A stretch of 64,000 nt of DNA from the human T2T-CHM13v2.0 reference genome, Homo sapiens. Under the pieces are notes generated by a model. It saw only the letters and a list, made by a program, of their open reading frames with translations, did not search any database and had not been told where the DNA came from. Both the position numbers and the translations under genes were made by a program. The stretch is taken from the NCBI RefSeq assembly GCF_009914755.1, contig NC_060942.1; one strand, written 5' to 3'. Positions 30,331 to 46,768 of the stretch are shown here, piece after piece. The number at the start of each line of letters is the position of its first letter. The stretch's first letter is position 1.

Positions 30331-30519
30331 AATGCTATGAAAACACCAACATTTGTCTATCAACCTCAGCAACTGTTTCTGCTTGTCCTGACCAAAATCT
30401 GACACCTTCCTGTTTAGTTTTTAAAGGATTATTACGATGTGTCACTTTCAAAACTCAGGATTTTAATTTTTCCTGTCTTTGTGATCTATTAATGAATTCC
30501 AAGTCATTATTTAATAATA

Positions 30520-30640
30520 ATGGGATAACCACATCTTGATTTGTCCAGTCCCAGTTTACACATTTTGTCTCACTAAATAGTATCCCTTTCACTCTCTTAA
30601 AGTGACCAGGTTTGGATCATAAATTATATAATCACTCACT
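30520..30640. mobile_element. MER94-like hAT MITE
   Basis: gtcccagtttac...ccctttcactctc..aagtg.ccaggtttgga..ataaattatat. Confidence 0.55.
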
Positions 30641-31269
30641 TAATAATCACTTTATTTTTTGCTCTGCCCACTGTCTTTTTTTATTAAACAATGAAACTTA
30701 CTGAACTGCTAGCATTCTCTCTTTTAGAGGGAGTATATGTTCAAACACACTTCTAATCAGTGTTGGCTCTCAACATTTAAAGCACAACTTTTTTTCTTGT
30801 CTTTAAATGGTCCACAACTCTTTTCCAATTCTTATGTCTGATCTCATCTCCTCCCACATCCTGTCCCATTCCCTGTTGTTTTCTCCTAAATGAATCCTTT
30901 GTCTCTCTCGCCCACTACTGCCTATATCTTCTTTTATGCCACCCCCTACGCTTGGAACAAACCTATTAATCCACCAAAGGTCTGTCCTCCAAAAACTTCT
31001 TTAAAAGTCACTTTAGTCAGTAAGCCTACCTAAGATCATCCATCCACCCACCTGTCCTATTTATGGACTGAATCCATCAGGCCAACCTCTTTGAGGCTCA
31101 GATTTGAAACATTTTTTATTATTTTTACACTACTATGAGGTTCACCATCTTCACTCACACCGAAGAGAATGTGAATTCTAACAAACTTTACAATGTAAAA
31201 GTAGGGCTTTCAGGTATATCTGTATCTAGTAACCAAAAATGCACGCATAATCCAGAGGGATCTTGCTAA

Positions 31270-31677
<408 letters not shown>

Positions 31678-32949
31678 GCTGCTGGTACACAGTCTAAGAA
31701 AAGTTACTCTTGCAATCTCATGGGGAAAATGGGTGAAGTGAAGATCTGGTCTTGTCCTGCTCCTAACACCTACAACTTGCCCAATTCTGAGTATCAACTC
31801 TGTGCTCATTTGTTCACATTGACAGTAAGGACAGTAATAAATAAACAAAATAGCACACATGGAAAGCTGTCACTTTTGGGCCAAACACTATACATTTAGT
31901 GAGCTAGTATAATGAGCTAAGGCATTAGAAATCCCATTAACATATTTTTCAGCAGAATTGTACATTAAACAAGACAATTAATTCTAGGTAACACTGATTT
32001 TTGAACATCACAGTTTAAGACAAATACAAGGAATTAAAATTCAAAGCTGAAATAGGACATCAGAAAGATATTTTTAATGGGATGATAATATATCTAAAAA
32101 TAACAGAATGAGAATGAAACTCTCCCCAAATATTTGAGTAACAAATATTAATAGGCCAGAAAATAACTATTGTATGTATATAAATATAGACCACCAGAAG
32201 AAATGTCATTTGGTTATGTAAGAGGGAAAAATTCACTTTTCTAAATGTACAAAATCAGAGACTATCACCTACAGAACCATGTTAGGAAAAATAACATGAT
32301 AATACATATGGCTTCTTTATGCTAAAAAACACAATAGGTATTGAGAAAGTGAGTTCTGTGGTTTTGATTATGGAGAGAGATATCAAACTTCCACACGTTA
32401 TAAATCAATAAGGCCACCTCATCCTCTGAAAAAAACAACTTATTGATTCTTTTTCATTCTTGAAGTTAAAAAGCACTACTCAAATAAGGATATACATTCC
32501 CCAATACGTAAAAAGCAGTGATTTAAGTTGTGTGCCAACAAACTGAAATCCAAGAATACAAATATCCCAGAGCTGAGTTAACTATAAAGCAATCATTTTA
32601 AGCGTTCATTTGGCTGTTTGGGGGGTAGCATTATCACTATGGCAGAACAAAACCACCACCAGTTTGACTGTGGAGAAGGCATTTCAAATTAACACAAACT
32701 GACTTGGTTTCATTTAAAGAAAAGATTCATATGAGGTGGGAAGTAGAAGTACTTCATCCAGGGGGTCCTGGTTCTGTCCATTTTGTTTTATGAGGCCCAT
32801 CACAGCTAGACAATGTAGCACAGAAGGAGCATATTCTTAATATACCTTGTCAGGGGCAGTCTGTGACACACAGACAATGGAAAAGGAAAATGGGCCTCTA
32901 AGATCTGGCTGTTCATAAATGAAAAGTTCCTCTTAAGAATATGGGTACA

Positions 32950-33308
32950 CATGGAATACTATGCAGCCATGAAAAATGATGAGTTCATGTCCTTTGTAGG
33001 GACATGGATGAAGCTGGAAACCATCATTCTCAGCAAACTATCGCAAGGACAAAAAACCAAACATCGCGTGTCCTCACTCATAGGTGGGAATTGAACAATG
33101 AGAACACATGGACACAGGAAGGGGAACATCACACACTGGGGCCTGTTGTGGGGTAGGGGGAAGGGGGAGGGATAGCATTTGGAGATATACCTAATGTTAA
33201 ATGACGAGTTACTGGGTGCAGCACACCAATGTGGCACATGTATACGTATGTAACTAACCTGCACATTGTGCACATGTACCCTAAAACTTAAAGTATAATA
33301 ATAAAAAA
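32950..33308 (+). mobile_element. L1PA (about PA3-5) 3' end, 5'-truncated
   Basis: L1PA 3'UTR; perfect 15-bp TSD aagaatatgggtaca (32935-32949, 33309-33323). Confidence 0.93.
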
Positions 33309-33323
33309 AAGAATATGGGTACA

Positions 33324-33775
33324 AAGACAACTGCACTTGCATGTTTATCACAGCACTATTTATAATAGCAAAGGCATGGAATCAACCTAGACGCTCATCA
33401 ATGGTGGAGTGGATGAAGAAAATGTGGTACACATACACCATGAAATACTAAGCAGCCATAAACAAGAACAAAATCATGTATTTTGCAGTGATTCCTAGGT
33501 GAATTAACACAGAAAAAAAACTAGATATCACATATTCTCATTTATAAGTGGGAGCCAAACACTGGGTACACATGGACATAAAGATGGGAATAACAGAAAC
33601 TGAGGACTCCAAAAGTGGGGACAGAGGAAGGGGACAAGGGCTGAAAAACTTCCTATCAGGTACTACTATGTTCACTATATGGGTGACGGGATCAACAGAA
33701 GTCCAAACCTCAGCATCATGCAATATATCCTTGTAACAAACCTGAATGTATTCCCTGAATCGAAAATTTTTTTAA
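33324..33775 (+). mobile_element. Older L1 (L1PB/late L1PA-like) 3' fragment
   Basis: catgtttatcacagcacta...aacaaacctg. Confidence 0.75.
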
Positions 33776-35146
33776 AAGGGGTTGAGGTGGGGAAAAGAAT
33801 ATGAGTTCAACTGCTTCTTCTTTTCCAGGGCAAAAGAACTTTGCTTTCATAGTTCTGGCCAAACTTCTAAATGGCATATGGAGCACTGGGAAGCATTAGA
33901 TAATATGCTGTTATCATATTTTATCTCCAGAGTAGTTAAAAAAACAAGTAATCTACATTTACTATCTGCCAAACAATGACCCAAGCCCAGAAATGACCAA
34001 ATAACAAGCATGTGGGCAAAAAAGTAACAGAAAAATAAATCCAAATAACCCAAAAGTCACAGGCATAAGTGAGTTACATTTACACTTTGTAACCAGTGCC
34101 TCTTAGTTTATACCATGATTCCAGCTCAAATGGATCATCTTTCTGTAGAACCACAAATTATTACTGTATATAGAATCAATGCACAGGTTATTAATATCAG
34201 TAATAAAGCCACAGGGAAAAGGAGAGACTAGAAAACTAGATGGTGAGGGTGAAATAAAATTTCTCTAAACAACCATGATAACAGGAAATACCACAAACTC
34301 TTGCAATAGTCACATCAACTGTTACATAAAATTTGGCAGTCTGCATACCTCTTGCATTTGCTGCTTAGTGCCAGGCACCAAAATTAAATGACAGTGATTC
34401 TTCAAAAGGAATATTAAAAAACTAATGAAAACAAAAGCTCTTTTCCTTCCGTTAAACTAGACAATCACAACACTGTTTCAATAGCTGCCTGCTACAGTAC
34501 TATAGTGTTATGCAAGACAAGAAAACAGCAAGATAATCACAGAACAGATAACTGTCCATTGTGTTTTACTGACCAGTATTTAAACCATAATGATGCTCTC
34601 TGACTTGACCATTTAGGGATAGTAAGAAAAATTCAGAGGCTATTGTACAATCAGCTAAACTGTGAAAAGTATTTCCCAAACACACTTTTCTAACTGAACA
34701 CACAGAAATAAATTTTCCTGCAGCTTTTTATTCACTGATACTACATTGGTTTTTCTTTTACTTTTAACATTTTACAGAAAAGACTGAAATATCATTGTAT
34801 ATGGTTACATTGCTATCTTTAAAAGTGATTTTGGAGGTTTAGGACTGAAGGATATCACATGAAACTTAATGAAACCACCCTAACCAGACATACATTGCTC
34901 TCTCTGCCCAGACTCTCAATGCCACAACCATTGCATGCTAGGATGCAGAGACAATACATTGAATTCTTAAGACTTCTACTGTTATAATTAATAGGGTCTT
35001 GAACTTCCTATTGGCATATAGTATGTGCTACCTGAAAATAAATGCACATATGAAAATAATGGTATCAACATGAGATACAAGAACGAACTTAAAAGTGAAC
35101 ATTTTTAAGTCTCTGTATAAATGTTACCTGTATAAAAGTGTACATA

Positions 35147-35594
35147 CAGTGCCTTGAACAACACAGGGTTGAACTGTGCAGATCCACTTATACATGCATT
35201 TTCTTCCACGTCTGCCACCCCTGAGACAGCAGACCACCTCCCCCTACTCGTCCTCCCTCCTCGGCCTATTCAGTGTGAAGACAGGGAAGACCTTTATGAT
35301 GATCCATTTCTACGTAATAAATAGTGATTTTCTTAATAGCATTTTCTTTTCCCAGCTTACTTTATAGTAGAAATACAGTATATAAAACATAAAACATACA
35401 AAATATATGTTAATCAACTGTATATTTTTTAGGTAAGGCTTCTGGTCAACAGTAGGCTATTAGTAGTTAAGTTTTGGGGAAGTTCAAAGTCATATGCAAA
35501 GTTATTTGTCAAAGTTCTATTGTGATTGTGCTGGGGGGAGTGCAGGGGGGTTTGGGGGTTGGCATCTTGCCCCACATCGTTCAAGGGTCGACTA
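35147..35594 (+). mobile_element. Tigger2a/MER28-like element
   Basis: cagt..ccttgaacaacac...cgttcaagggtcgact terminal inverted repeats; tctgccacccctgagacagca internal. Confidence 0.8.
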
Positions 35595-36408
35595 TATTTT
35601 GATAGTAACTATACTTCAGAATCCCCAGAAAAGCTTCTGCTTGTTTACTTAAAGTTAGCAGAATAATAAATACAATTGTTAGTAACTAAACAGAAGAATG
35701 ACAAGGAAGCTATGAGACTATTAATCACCATTGTAAATTATACTCAGTTGGTAATTACTCTTAATTTTTCCTCTTCCAGTACTAAGTAAAACCTAAAACT
35801 TACCTTTTGGGTTACCTTGAAAATCTGCCTATAAATGCTTACTTTGTGAAATCTAGTTGAAAATACCCTATATCCACTATTACTTTGAGAAGAAAAAAAA
35901 ATCAAACCTGTATAAAAAATCAAAACCGAACTTAGATATTTTGGATACAACACCATGAAATTTTTATAAGGATTAGTAGCTTTGGAAAACAAGGACATTA
36001 TTATATATTTAGAGAACAGAGACCAGACTAAATGGAAAATAAAGAATTTAAATGACCAAGAAAAATGGTTTTGAGTTTCTTCTGTTTCTACAGTTTACAC
36101 ATCAATTTTAAATTTTAGCCAGTTTTATAAATTATCTCCTAGTGAAATTGTGAGTAGGTAAAGAACAGAAGTTCAATAATTTAGACACAAATATAATTTA
36201 GAATGTATAGACATCAAATAATATTAAATTTGTAATGGCTCTACGATGAGTCAAAATGATTTCAAGGGCAAAGCTAATGAAATCATACTATTATTAAAAG
36301 GATTATTAAGAGGCAAAGAATAAGGTCAAAAGTGTGGCTTTGGGGGCCAGAATGTTTGGATTGCAATACTGCTTTAATAGCTTTCTAAACAAGTCATTCA
36401 TTCACTCA

Positions 36409-36551
36409 TTTTGGAGACGGGGTCTCACTATGTCACCCAGGCTGGAGTGTAATAGTGCAATCATAGCTCACTGCAGCCTCAAACACCTGGGCTCAAGCGA
36501 TCCTCCTGCCTCAGCCTCCTGGGACTATACATATGTGCCACCATGCCTGGC

Positions 36552-36583
<32 letters not shown>

Positions 36584-36679
36584 ACAGAGTCTTGCCTAAG
36601 CTGGTCTTGAACTCCTGGCCTCAAGCGATCCTTCCACCCAGAGTGCTGGGATTACAGGCATGGGCCACTGCACCTAGCC
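36409..36679 (-). mobile_element. AluJ inserted in a MIR
   Basis: atcatagctcactgcagcctc; aagtcatt repeated on both sides; MIR sequence on both flanks. Confidence 0.92.
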
Positions 36680-36792
36680 TCTAGCAAGTCATTTAATCAC
36701 TCTGTACATCAGTTTCCTTATCCATAAAATGGGAATAATAATATCTCATAGAGTTGTTTTGAGGATTTAAATAAAAATATTTAATAACTATA

Positions 36793-37672
36793 AATATCAT
36801 TGTCCAGACACAATGTCATTTAGCTTTTCTCCTATGTTTTCTTCCAGTAGTTTAACAGTTTCAGGTCTTATGCTGAAGATGTTAATCCAATTTGATTTGA
36901 TTTTGTAGGTGGTGTGAGGTAAGGGTTCGATTTCCCTCTTTTGCATATGGATATCCAATTTTCCAAACACCATTTATTGAAGACACTGTCCTTTCCTACT
37001 GTATATTCTTGATACATTTGTTGAAGATCAATTGACCACAGTTGCATGGGTTCTCTTCTGGGCTCTCTACCCTGTTCCACTGGTCAATGTGTCTTTTTTT
37101 ATACTGTACAATGTGTTCTAATTACTATCATTTTATAGAATACAGTAGTTTGAAATCTAGTAGTGTAATGCTCCAGCTTTGTTCTTTTTTGCTTACAATT
37201 GCCTTGGCTACTTGGGTTTCTCTGTGGTTTTATATAAATTTTAGGATTATTTTTCTATATGTATGAGAAATGGCATTGGAATTTTTATAGAGATTGCATT
37301 GAAAAACGACTAAACTCATAGAAGTAGACAGTAGAATGGTGGTTACCAGCGGCCAAGGGGGTAGCGGGGAAAAGGAGATTACAGTCAAAGGGTACAAAGC
37401 CCCAGTTAGGCAGGAAGAATAAGTTTGATCCTTTTTTAGATCAATTGCACAGCATGGTGAATATAATTGTTATATACATTTCAATATCACTAACAGTAAA
37501 TCTCTAATGTTCTCATCACAAAAAATGTTAAATATCGAGGTGATGGATATGCTAACTAGCTTAACTTAATCTTTCCACATTGTATTAAAAAATCTTAACA
37601 CCACTTTGCACCCCATAAATATGTAACTGTAATTTGTCAATATATAATAAAAATAAAATTAAAAAAAATTAA
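36793..37672 (+). mobile_element. L1MA with 5' inversion, inserted in the same MIR
   Basis: 36793-37302 antisense ORF2; 37303-37672 sense 3'UTR with A-rich tail; MIR resumes at about 37690. Confidence 0.8.
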
Positions 37673-39711
37673 AATAAAGAGTTAATCACTGGAACAGTGG
37701 CTATTACAGAGTAAGAGTTCAATAAATGTTAGCTATTATCACCACTACTGGGCAAAAAAAAAAATATTTTGTATGCATGCTTTCTCTAATATGTAGTCTT
37801 TAAAAAATTCTATACATCTAAAGATCATTTAAAAACATTAAATTTTAATGAACTGCCTCTTATAGACAGCTAGTTTGTAAAACTGTTGTGCAAAACAAGT
37901 GCCCTCCTGGAACACGTGTGATGCCAGTTTAAGATCAATACAAGAATAGTCATGGAAAAATGCCAAAGTCACTCTTCGATTCCCATTTTAGCTCAAATCT
38001 GTGAACACGGTTTTAAAACATAAGAGAATAGAATTGAAATTTTAAAATCTCAGAACAAAATGTTTAAAAATAGAAGAAGCTATCTACTGAGAATAATTCA
38101 CTAAGCACATGTGTGGTGAGATACATTTATCTCACTTTATAATGCTGTGACATTCAATAAGATGAAACTTTGATCAGAGAAGGGACTCCAGAGAGACTTG
38201 GATTCTACTTTCGGCTTGTTGTGTGATCACTGCCAAACCATTTAACTTCTCTGTATTCTCCTCTCCTTCTTCATCTTTTATAACATAGAAATAAATCATT
38301 CTGTTGTCAATATAACTTAGATCATATTGTAATAAATGTTATTTCCATTCTGTAGCCAAACTGAAAAGGATTTACCTTCCTCATCACCAATGTGATGATT
38401 TAGTTACTTAGTGCCAGTAGGTGAAACACTAACTTCTGATTTACATCACTGTCTATTTAAATTCTGGAAGCCAAATAAATCTAAGGGCTGGCATCATGAC
38501 GTGCCAGGGCATGGAGTGGGTGGAATCACTTTTCTCCATATACGGAAACCCTGTATGTTTAAGTCTGTTAGACACTTAGTAACAAAGAATATTTCTATAA
38601 TAAGCAGTTGTGCAAGTCTGCATGTCTGAATATGTACATGAAATTCCCTGCAAATGGCAGCCCAGAGGAAGAGCATCCAACTTGAGGAATTTTGTATCCA
38701 ATCCAAATCCTCCATACACATAGTTTAAACTGCACGAGAAATTTTAATTTGTTATTTAGCATGTCCATATTCAGGAATTCTGGTCACACCTACACACCCA
38801 CACCTACACACTCGACATCAACTGAGACTAGAGTGCCTCCTTCACCAATGCAATCTACACCTAGGAGCATCTGGTGGGAAAAAAGGATCTACTACCATTT
38901 TTTGGATCAAATATGAATTTCATATCGTTCTTTCCTAAGGTCCTATTCTTACATTGTTTCCATATGCCAAAATTCTCATGACATCCTTCTTACAGATTAA
39001 AAATCCAGTTAGTTAATAAGTATTTTTGTTATATTTTTAGTCACTGACTTAATTTCTTCCATTTTTGAATGATACTACAATTTGGTGACATTTTAGTGTA
39101 GATCACTGTGGCAGGCTAGTAATCTAAAATTTATTCTGGGTGGGGTTTTAATGTTACTGTTAGTCTTCAATAAATCTTAACAATACTCTCATAAGTAACA
39201 CAAAAAAAAATTTAAAAAATATTTCCAGTTATAGTACAAATTTATTTGATTTTCTGCTAAGTCATTTTGAATTAAAAAGTTAAATGGTATTTTTAATATA
39301 CACAAATATGTATTTTCTTATGTTTTACCTATATTCCTGAAACTTCACTCTGTTACTACTATTGCAGTCATTAGCCTCCATAATTTACTTATGCCAAAGG
39401 AAAACTTTTTGGGGGAGTGAGTGGTGATGGTAAAGCTTGCTAGGACTACTCTATTTTCAAATTTTTCCAATTTTGTGTTTAAATGTCAAGAGGCAAAATT
39501 TAATGTAAAATAATTTTGCTTTCCCTTCTGTGCTCTTCTGCTTAGCTGAAGCTAGCAGAGTAAATGTTACTTTATGATTTTTTTCATGCTTTTATTTAAT
39601 TAATGGTCATATATGTATATATTTTCCCAACACTTTATTCTTACCTAACAAGATGTAATTGTTAGTTCAGTTCACTGTCTACTCAAAGTATCGTGTTACT
39701 TTAAAATTAAG

Positions 39712-40015
39712 TTTTCTCCTTTTTAGTTGATGCATTATAACTGTACATATTTATGCGATTCAGAGTGATACCTCTATGTGTGTATACAACAGGTAATGAT
39801 CAAATCAAAGTAATTAGGATAGCCATCACCTCAAATATTCATCATTTCCTTGTGTTGTGAACATTCAAAATTCTCTCTTCTAGTTTTTTGAGAATATACA
39901 ATAAATTATAGTTAACCATATTTACCCTTCAGTACCACAGAACAACAGAACTCACTCTTTCTAGCTAGCTATAATTTTGTATTCATTAACCAGCCTCTCC
40001 CTATCCTCCCCTCCT
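39712..40015 (-). mobile_element. L1MA 3' end
   Basis: gtaatgatcaaatca..gtaattaggatagccatcacctcaaa. Confidence 0.75.
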
Positions 40016-40374
40016 AGCTGAGGAAATCATAACAGAATCTACACTACTGCTTCTACCCAGAATTGAAGCCAAAGCACCCTACCCACTCAACACTATAGAT
40101 ACAACCACAAGAAAAAGTTTTGTGTTTTTAGGAGGGATGTTTCAAAGCATGTTGATACTGCCTTGATGGTCATGGTTATCAGATAATTTCAACAAGTGGA
40201 AAATTTGTAAATTCTTTCACTGGGAGGAAAAGCAATGCAATTCCACAAATTCAAGAAGACTTAGGGAGCCTTCGTTTAGTCAGGTAGTTTTACTGTACGT
40301 GGGTAGAAACTAAAACCAGAGAACTACAACCAAATACTTCATTATCTAATTATGCTCTCTTGAATGCTACCATC

Positions 40375-40704
<330 letters not shown>

Positions 40705-40829
40705 TAAGACACAGTAGCTTTATAACAGGATCACACTTTACTGCTTCTCTAAGTCTATTGAAAAGTGGTCATTAGTAGACTGAGCAAGTCTGCAAAAAGT
40801 TAAGTTCATTTCAGCAAAACAAAATTACC

Positions 40830-41910
40830 CATTCTCAGCAAATATGAAGCACCTATTGAATACCCAAGTATCATATTAAGTGCTAGGGATCAGTGGTTAC
40901 ACACACACACACACACACACACATTTTCTGCCCTTATGGAACTAATGATCTACTCTTAGAGTGAGAGTGACAGCAAAAGTGAGAGAGTGCGAGGGGTGGT
41001 GTGTGAGAGGAACCATAATATTAACATAACAATGTTTTGGATAAAGGAAAACTTGTCTGAGGAAGTGAAAAATGTAAGAAAATATGGAGAAGGAAAAAGA
41101 CAGGAAAGAACATGCAAAAAGTCCTGAGATAGAAAAGGGGTGAGCAACTCCTGGAAGAGAAAGCACAATTGATATGGCTAGAGAATGTAGCATCCTAAGG
41201 GCAAAGAAAAGTCACTAAAGGGTTGAGCAAGGAAGATACATGTAACTTAGAATCTATGAAGATGCTTGCTGGATCGGGAATTAGGGGTGAGGGTGGGGTG
41301 ACAGAACTTGAGGAAAAGGACTAGGTAGGAGTCCAGGTGTGTGATAAGGACTGTCTGAGCTAGGGTGACTGGCAGTGGTAACAGAGAAAAAAAAGTACAG
41401 ATTTGATTTATATTTTGGATAGAGAACTGAAATGGATGTAGTGAGGATGAATACAGCAGGTGAGGGGAAAATGCTGATGACTCTTAGATGGTGGGCAGAA
41501 GCAACTTGACGGATACAGGCACCATTCATGGAGATGAAAAGGTTTATGGAGAAAGCTTAAGAGTTCTCTTGGGAGATGGGACATGTGAGGTATGAGTGTT
41601 GATGTTAACAGTAAGGCAGCTCTCAGGACAGGACAAGGGCTCAGAGTTTCAGCTGGACTATCAATTTGGAACATATTGGCATGTGGATGTCATGTAAAGT
41701 CATAGAAATTGATGAAAATGGCTAAGGTAAGAGTTTAAGTACAGAAAAGGGCTTTAGGAACAAGCTTTTTAAAAGTTCTAATGTTTAAAACCAAAAAGCA
41801 TAAAAAAAATGGCAAAAGGGGGGGAAGAAAGCCAGGAGTATGCTGTCACAGAAGCCAAAAGAGGGTGGGGCTGTACTACCTAGTTCATCTGTTGAGGTCA
41901 AGTAAAGAAG
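40830..41910. mobile_element. L2 relic, with (CA)n at about 40899-40922
   Basis: Purine-rich degenerate L2 motifs (ctgcccttatggaact; gtcacagaagccaa; gaggtcaagtaa). Confidence 0.6.
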
Positions 41911-42040
41911 GCGGTGAAGTTTCTCAAAATGTGCCTTCTACTCTCCCCTAGAATGCATGTAAACAATTCACTCCCATGGTTCTTGAAAAAAAGAAAAACC
42001 CCAAACCAGAAACATACTAAGTTAGAAGAACAATTTTTAA

Positions 42041-43840
<1,800 letters not shown>

Positions 43841-45189
43841 AAAAATTTATCTATTACATTTTCTTACCAACTTTTCTGATCTGAATTTACTTGTCCTATT
43901 TTGACTTATACTGCACTGACTAACGCTGTAAATCTTTAAGACTGAATACCACATTATGGAAAATAGAATAGGCTTGATGACAGGATCAAGTAATGAATAT
44001 GTAATTCAAAAGGAAACCATAATGGTTTAAGTGGGATAATACATTTCATTTCATGCCACAGAAGTGGCACAGAAATCAATAAAGCACAGCCACAACAGAA
44101 TTATTACGACAGTATCATATGCATGAAAAATTATTACTATAGCTTCAAGTATTTATTCATTACAGATTAAGTGAATAGCATATTATATGACAAGACCATT
44201 CCAGCAATTTTTAAAACTTGTTTTGAGGAAACTCATTAGAGCTTTGTCTTAGATTTAGACTGAAGATGCAATCCTTTGAAAGTAATAAAATGGCACCAGA
44301 TGTGATTTTTTTTAAAGCACAGTATAAAAGACATGACAAATGGGTAAAAGTATTCCTAAATTTGAAAGTGCTACAGTTGAGATATAAAAATGATTTCATA
44401 TTACACGTACTTAGAATTATAAATCCATTCAGTTAAAAAGAAAAGAAAAAAAAAGAAGAAAAAAAGCAAATCTATGAAAGTTCTAAAATAAACCATGGGA
44501 GAAATTCTCTGTGATCATACTGAGGAACTCCTATCTAATCCTGTAAACCACCGCAGTTCTTTGCCTATTAATAAAGTGGCATTGCATTATGTTAGTAGAG
44601 GGAAAAAAGGAAAGAAAATCCAAAGACATACATGTAACTTAGGGGTGGTTGGGAGGAGGGTAGAGAAAAGTGAGAGAAAAAATTTATTTAAATTTGCATA
44701 ATTTTTTTAATTTGTAAAAGATAAATTTTAAATAATTTTAAAAAGAAATGTCATGTACATTTTACTATTGTTCCACAGCTATTTTTATACATTATCTGGT
44801 TTTTGGACACATACATAATTTTTATGTAGTTGTTTTAATAGCAGTATATAATTTTATATTTTTTTCATTAAACATTATATCAAATATAACTACTAAAAAT
44901 AGAAAATAGCAGTATAGAAGCTTATATTCTTTTTTCATAAACATTATGTCAAATGTTTTCCATATTTCTACTTATTTTTCTTTATAATATTTTAATGGCT
45001 GTATGATATTCCATTGAGTTGATAGGATATAGTTTATTTGACCATTCTTCTATTTTGTTCCTAAATATAACCCTTTCTTTAGGTTAAGTTCTTCCCTTAA
45101 GATAAATTCCAATATATTAACATTTTAATGACTTTTGGTAAATACTTCTAGCATATTTCTTTATAGAATCCACTATCTTCATTACTAAA

Positions 45190-45410
45190 TTTTTTAATTG
45201 ACAAAAATTATATATATTTATGATGTAAATGATGTTTTGATATATGTATACATTGTGGAAATGATTAAATCAGGCAAATTAACATATTAATTGCTTCACA
45301 TACTTCTTTGTGGTAAGAACACTTAAAGATCTACTCTCTTAGCAATTTTCATGTATACAATACATTGTTATTAACAATAATCACCATGTTGTGAAACAGA
45401 TCTCTTGAAT
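45190..45410 (-). mobile_element. L1MA 3' end
   Basis: acattgtggaaatgattaaatca...atctactctcttagcaatttt. Confidence 0.75.
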
Positions 45411-46768
45411 CGCCATTCTTTGTATTGCATTGTATGGCTGGAAAATAATCCAGAATCACGTATTATGCTATATCTTTAGTATAACAAATTTTTAAATGGT
45501 TGGACAGTTCAAAAAATCTTCACTCTTAAAAAATCATTCTTTTACCAACTGATTACACAAAGCTTTTAATATGAGTATCGGTAATAAGAATACCCCTAGC
45601 ACACTCCTCTTACAGTATAAAATATAAACCACACAAATGATACATACTAAATATTTGCCATGTTGATAGGAACTAACTACATGCACAGAAGTAATAACAC
45701 AGTTCCTGCTAATATTTCATACTACACCATTTCAATGTTGAATTATGTTCTCTCAATATCATACTTCAATTCCTTTTTTTTTCAAAGTTCACCTCCATTA
45801 AGTCCTTCTTTTTCCATCTCTACTGCCACAATCAGGTAGTCTATGTGTTGGTCTATTACCTAAATTCAGATTCTTTCACCTCAGGTTCATTTAAATGCAT
45901 GACAGTCATCAGACGCAGCATGCTTCGACCACATCAGTCAGGCTCAAAAGCACCAAGTAAAACTCAATGGGCTACCAAAATCATACACAAAAAAAGCCAG
46001 AACAAATAAAATACATGAAATGGCCTGGCCTAGCATTCAAGGCCCTCGAGAGTCTGGCCCTGGAGAATGTAACTCGTTGCAATACTGATTAATATCACAG
46101 ATAAATCTGTTTTTGCCAAACATCCTATTACTGCCTTAGCATATGTCATGTGCTCTTCTATATGTGAACTTCTGGACTTGAGTTTTCCATGCCTACTCTG
46201 CTAATAGCACATTATCTATTCTTAGTTACTGCGCAGATAATCCTGTTTCAGACTACTTCAGATTCTCCTGTCAGAAGAGATCGCTTTTTATATGTTACTA
46301 ATTTTATATTTAACTAACAGTACAAGGTAATGATTTTTTCCCAATGGTATTATTTTTCTGTCTTCACCATGAACCCCATTTGCTGTTTGGCACAGGACTA
46401 ATCACACGGTAATCACTGAATAAGCATTTGTTAATTAGTCAGGACAGGAACTCTCTATTGTATGGCAGAGACTGTTAGTTGTCCCCATAACCATCTTCCC
46501 TTCTTACCCAACAGCAGAATACTTAGCAGGCCACAGGGTCACTTAGCCGAAAACTTTCTTTCCAGCTCACCACGCACGTTGGGTAGTCCTATGACAAACT
46601 TTTGGCCAAAGGGATGTGTGATGCCCTTAAAATGGAAATGTACATCCAACCCTAGTCCCTTTCACTCTTCTACTATCTGAAATGCAGAGCTTGTGGTGAG
46701 CCATTCGCGACCTTTTGGTCAGAGCAACACACAGGGGGTGGTGGAACACAACAGAAAAGAACTCTGGG

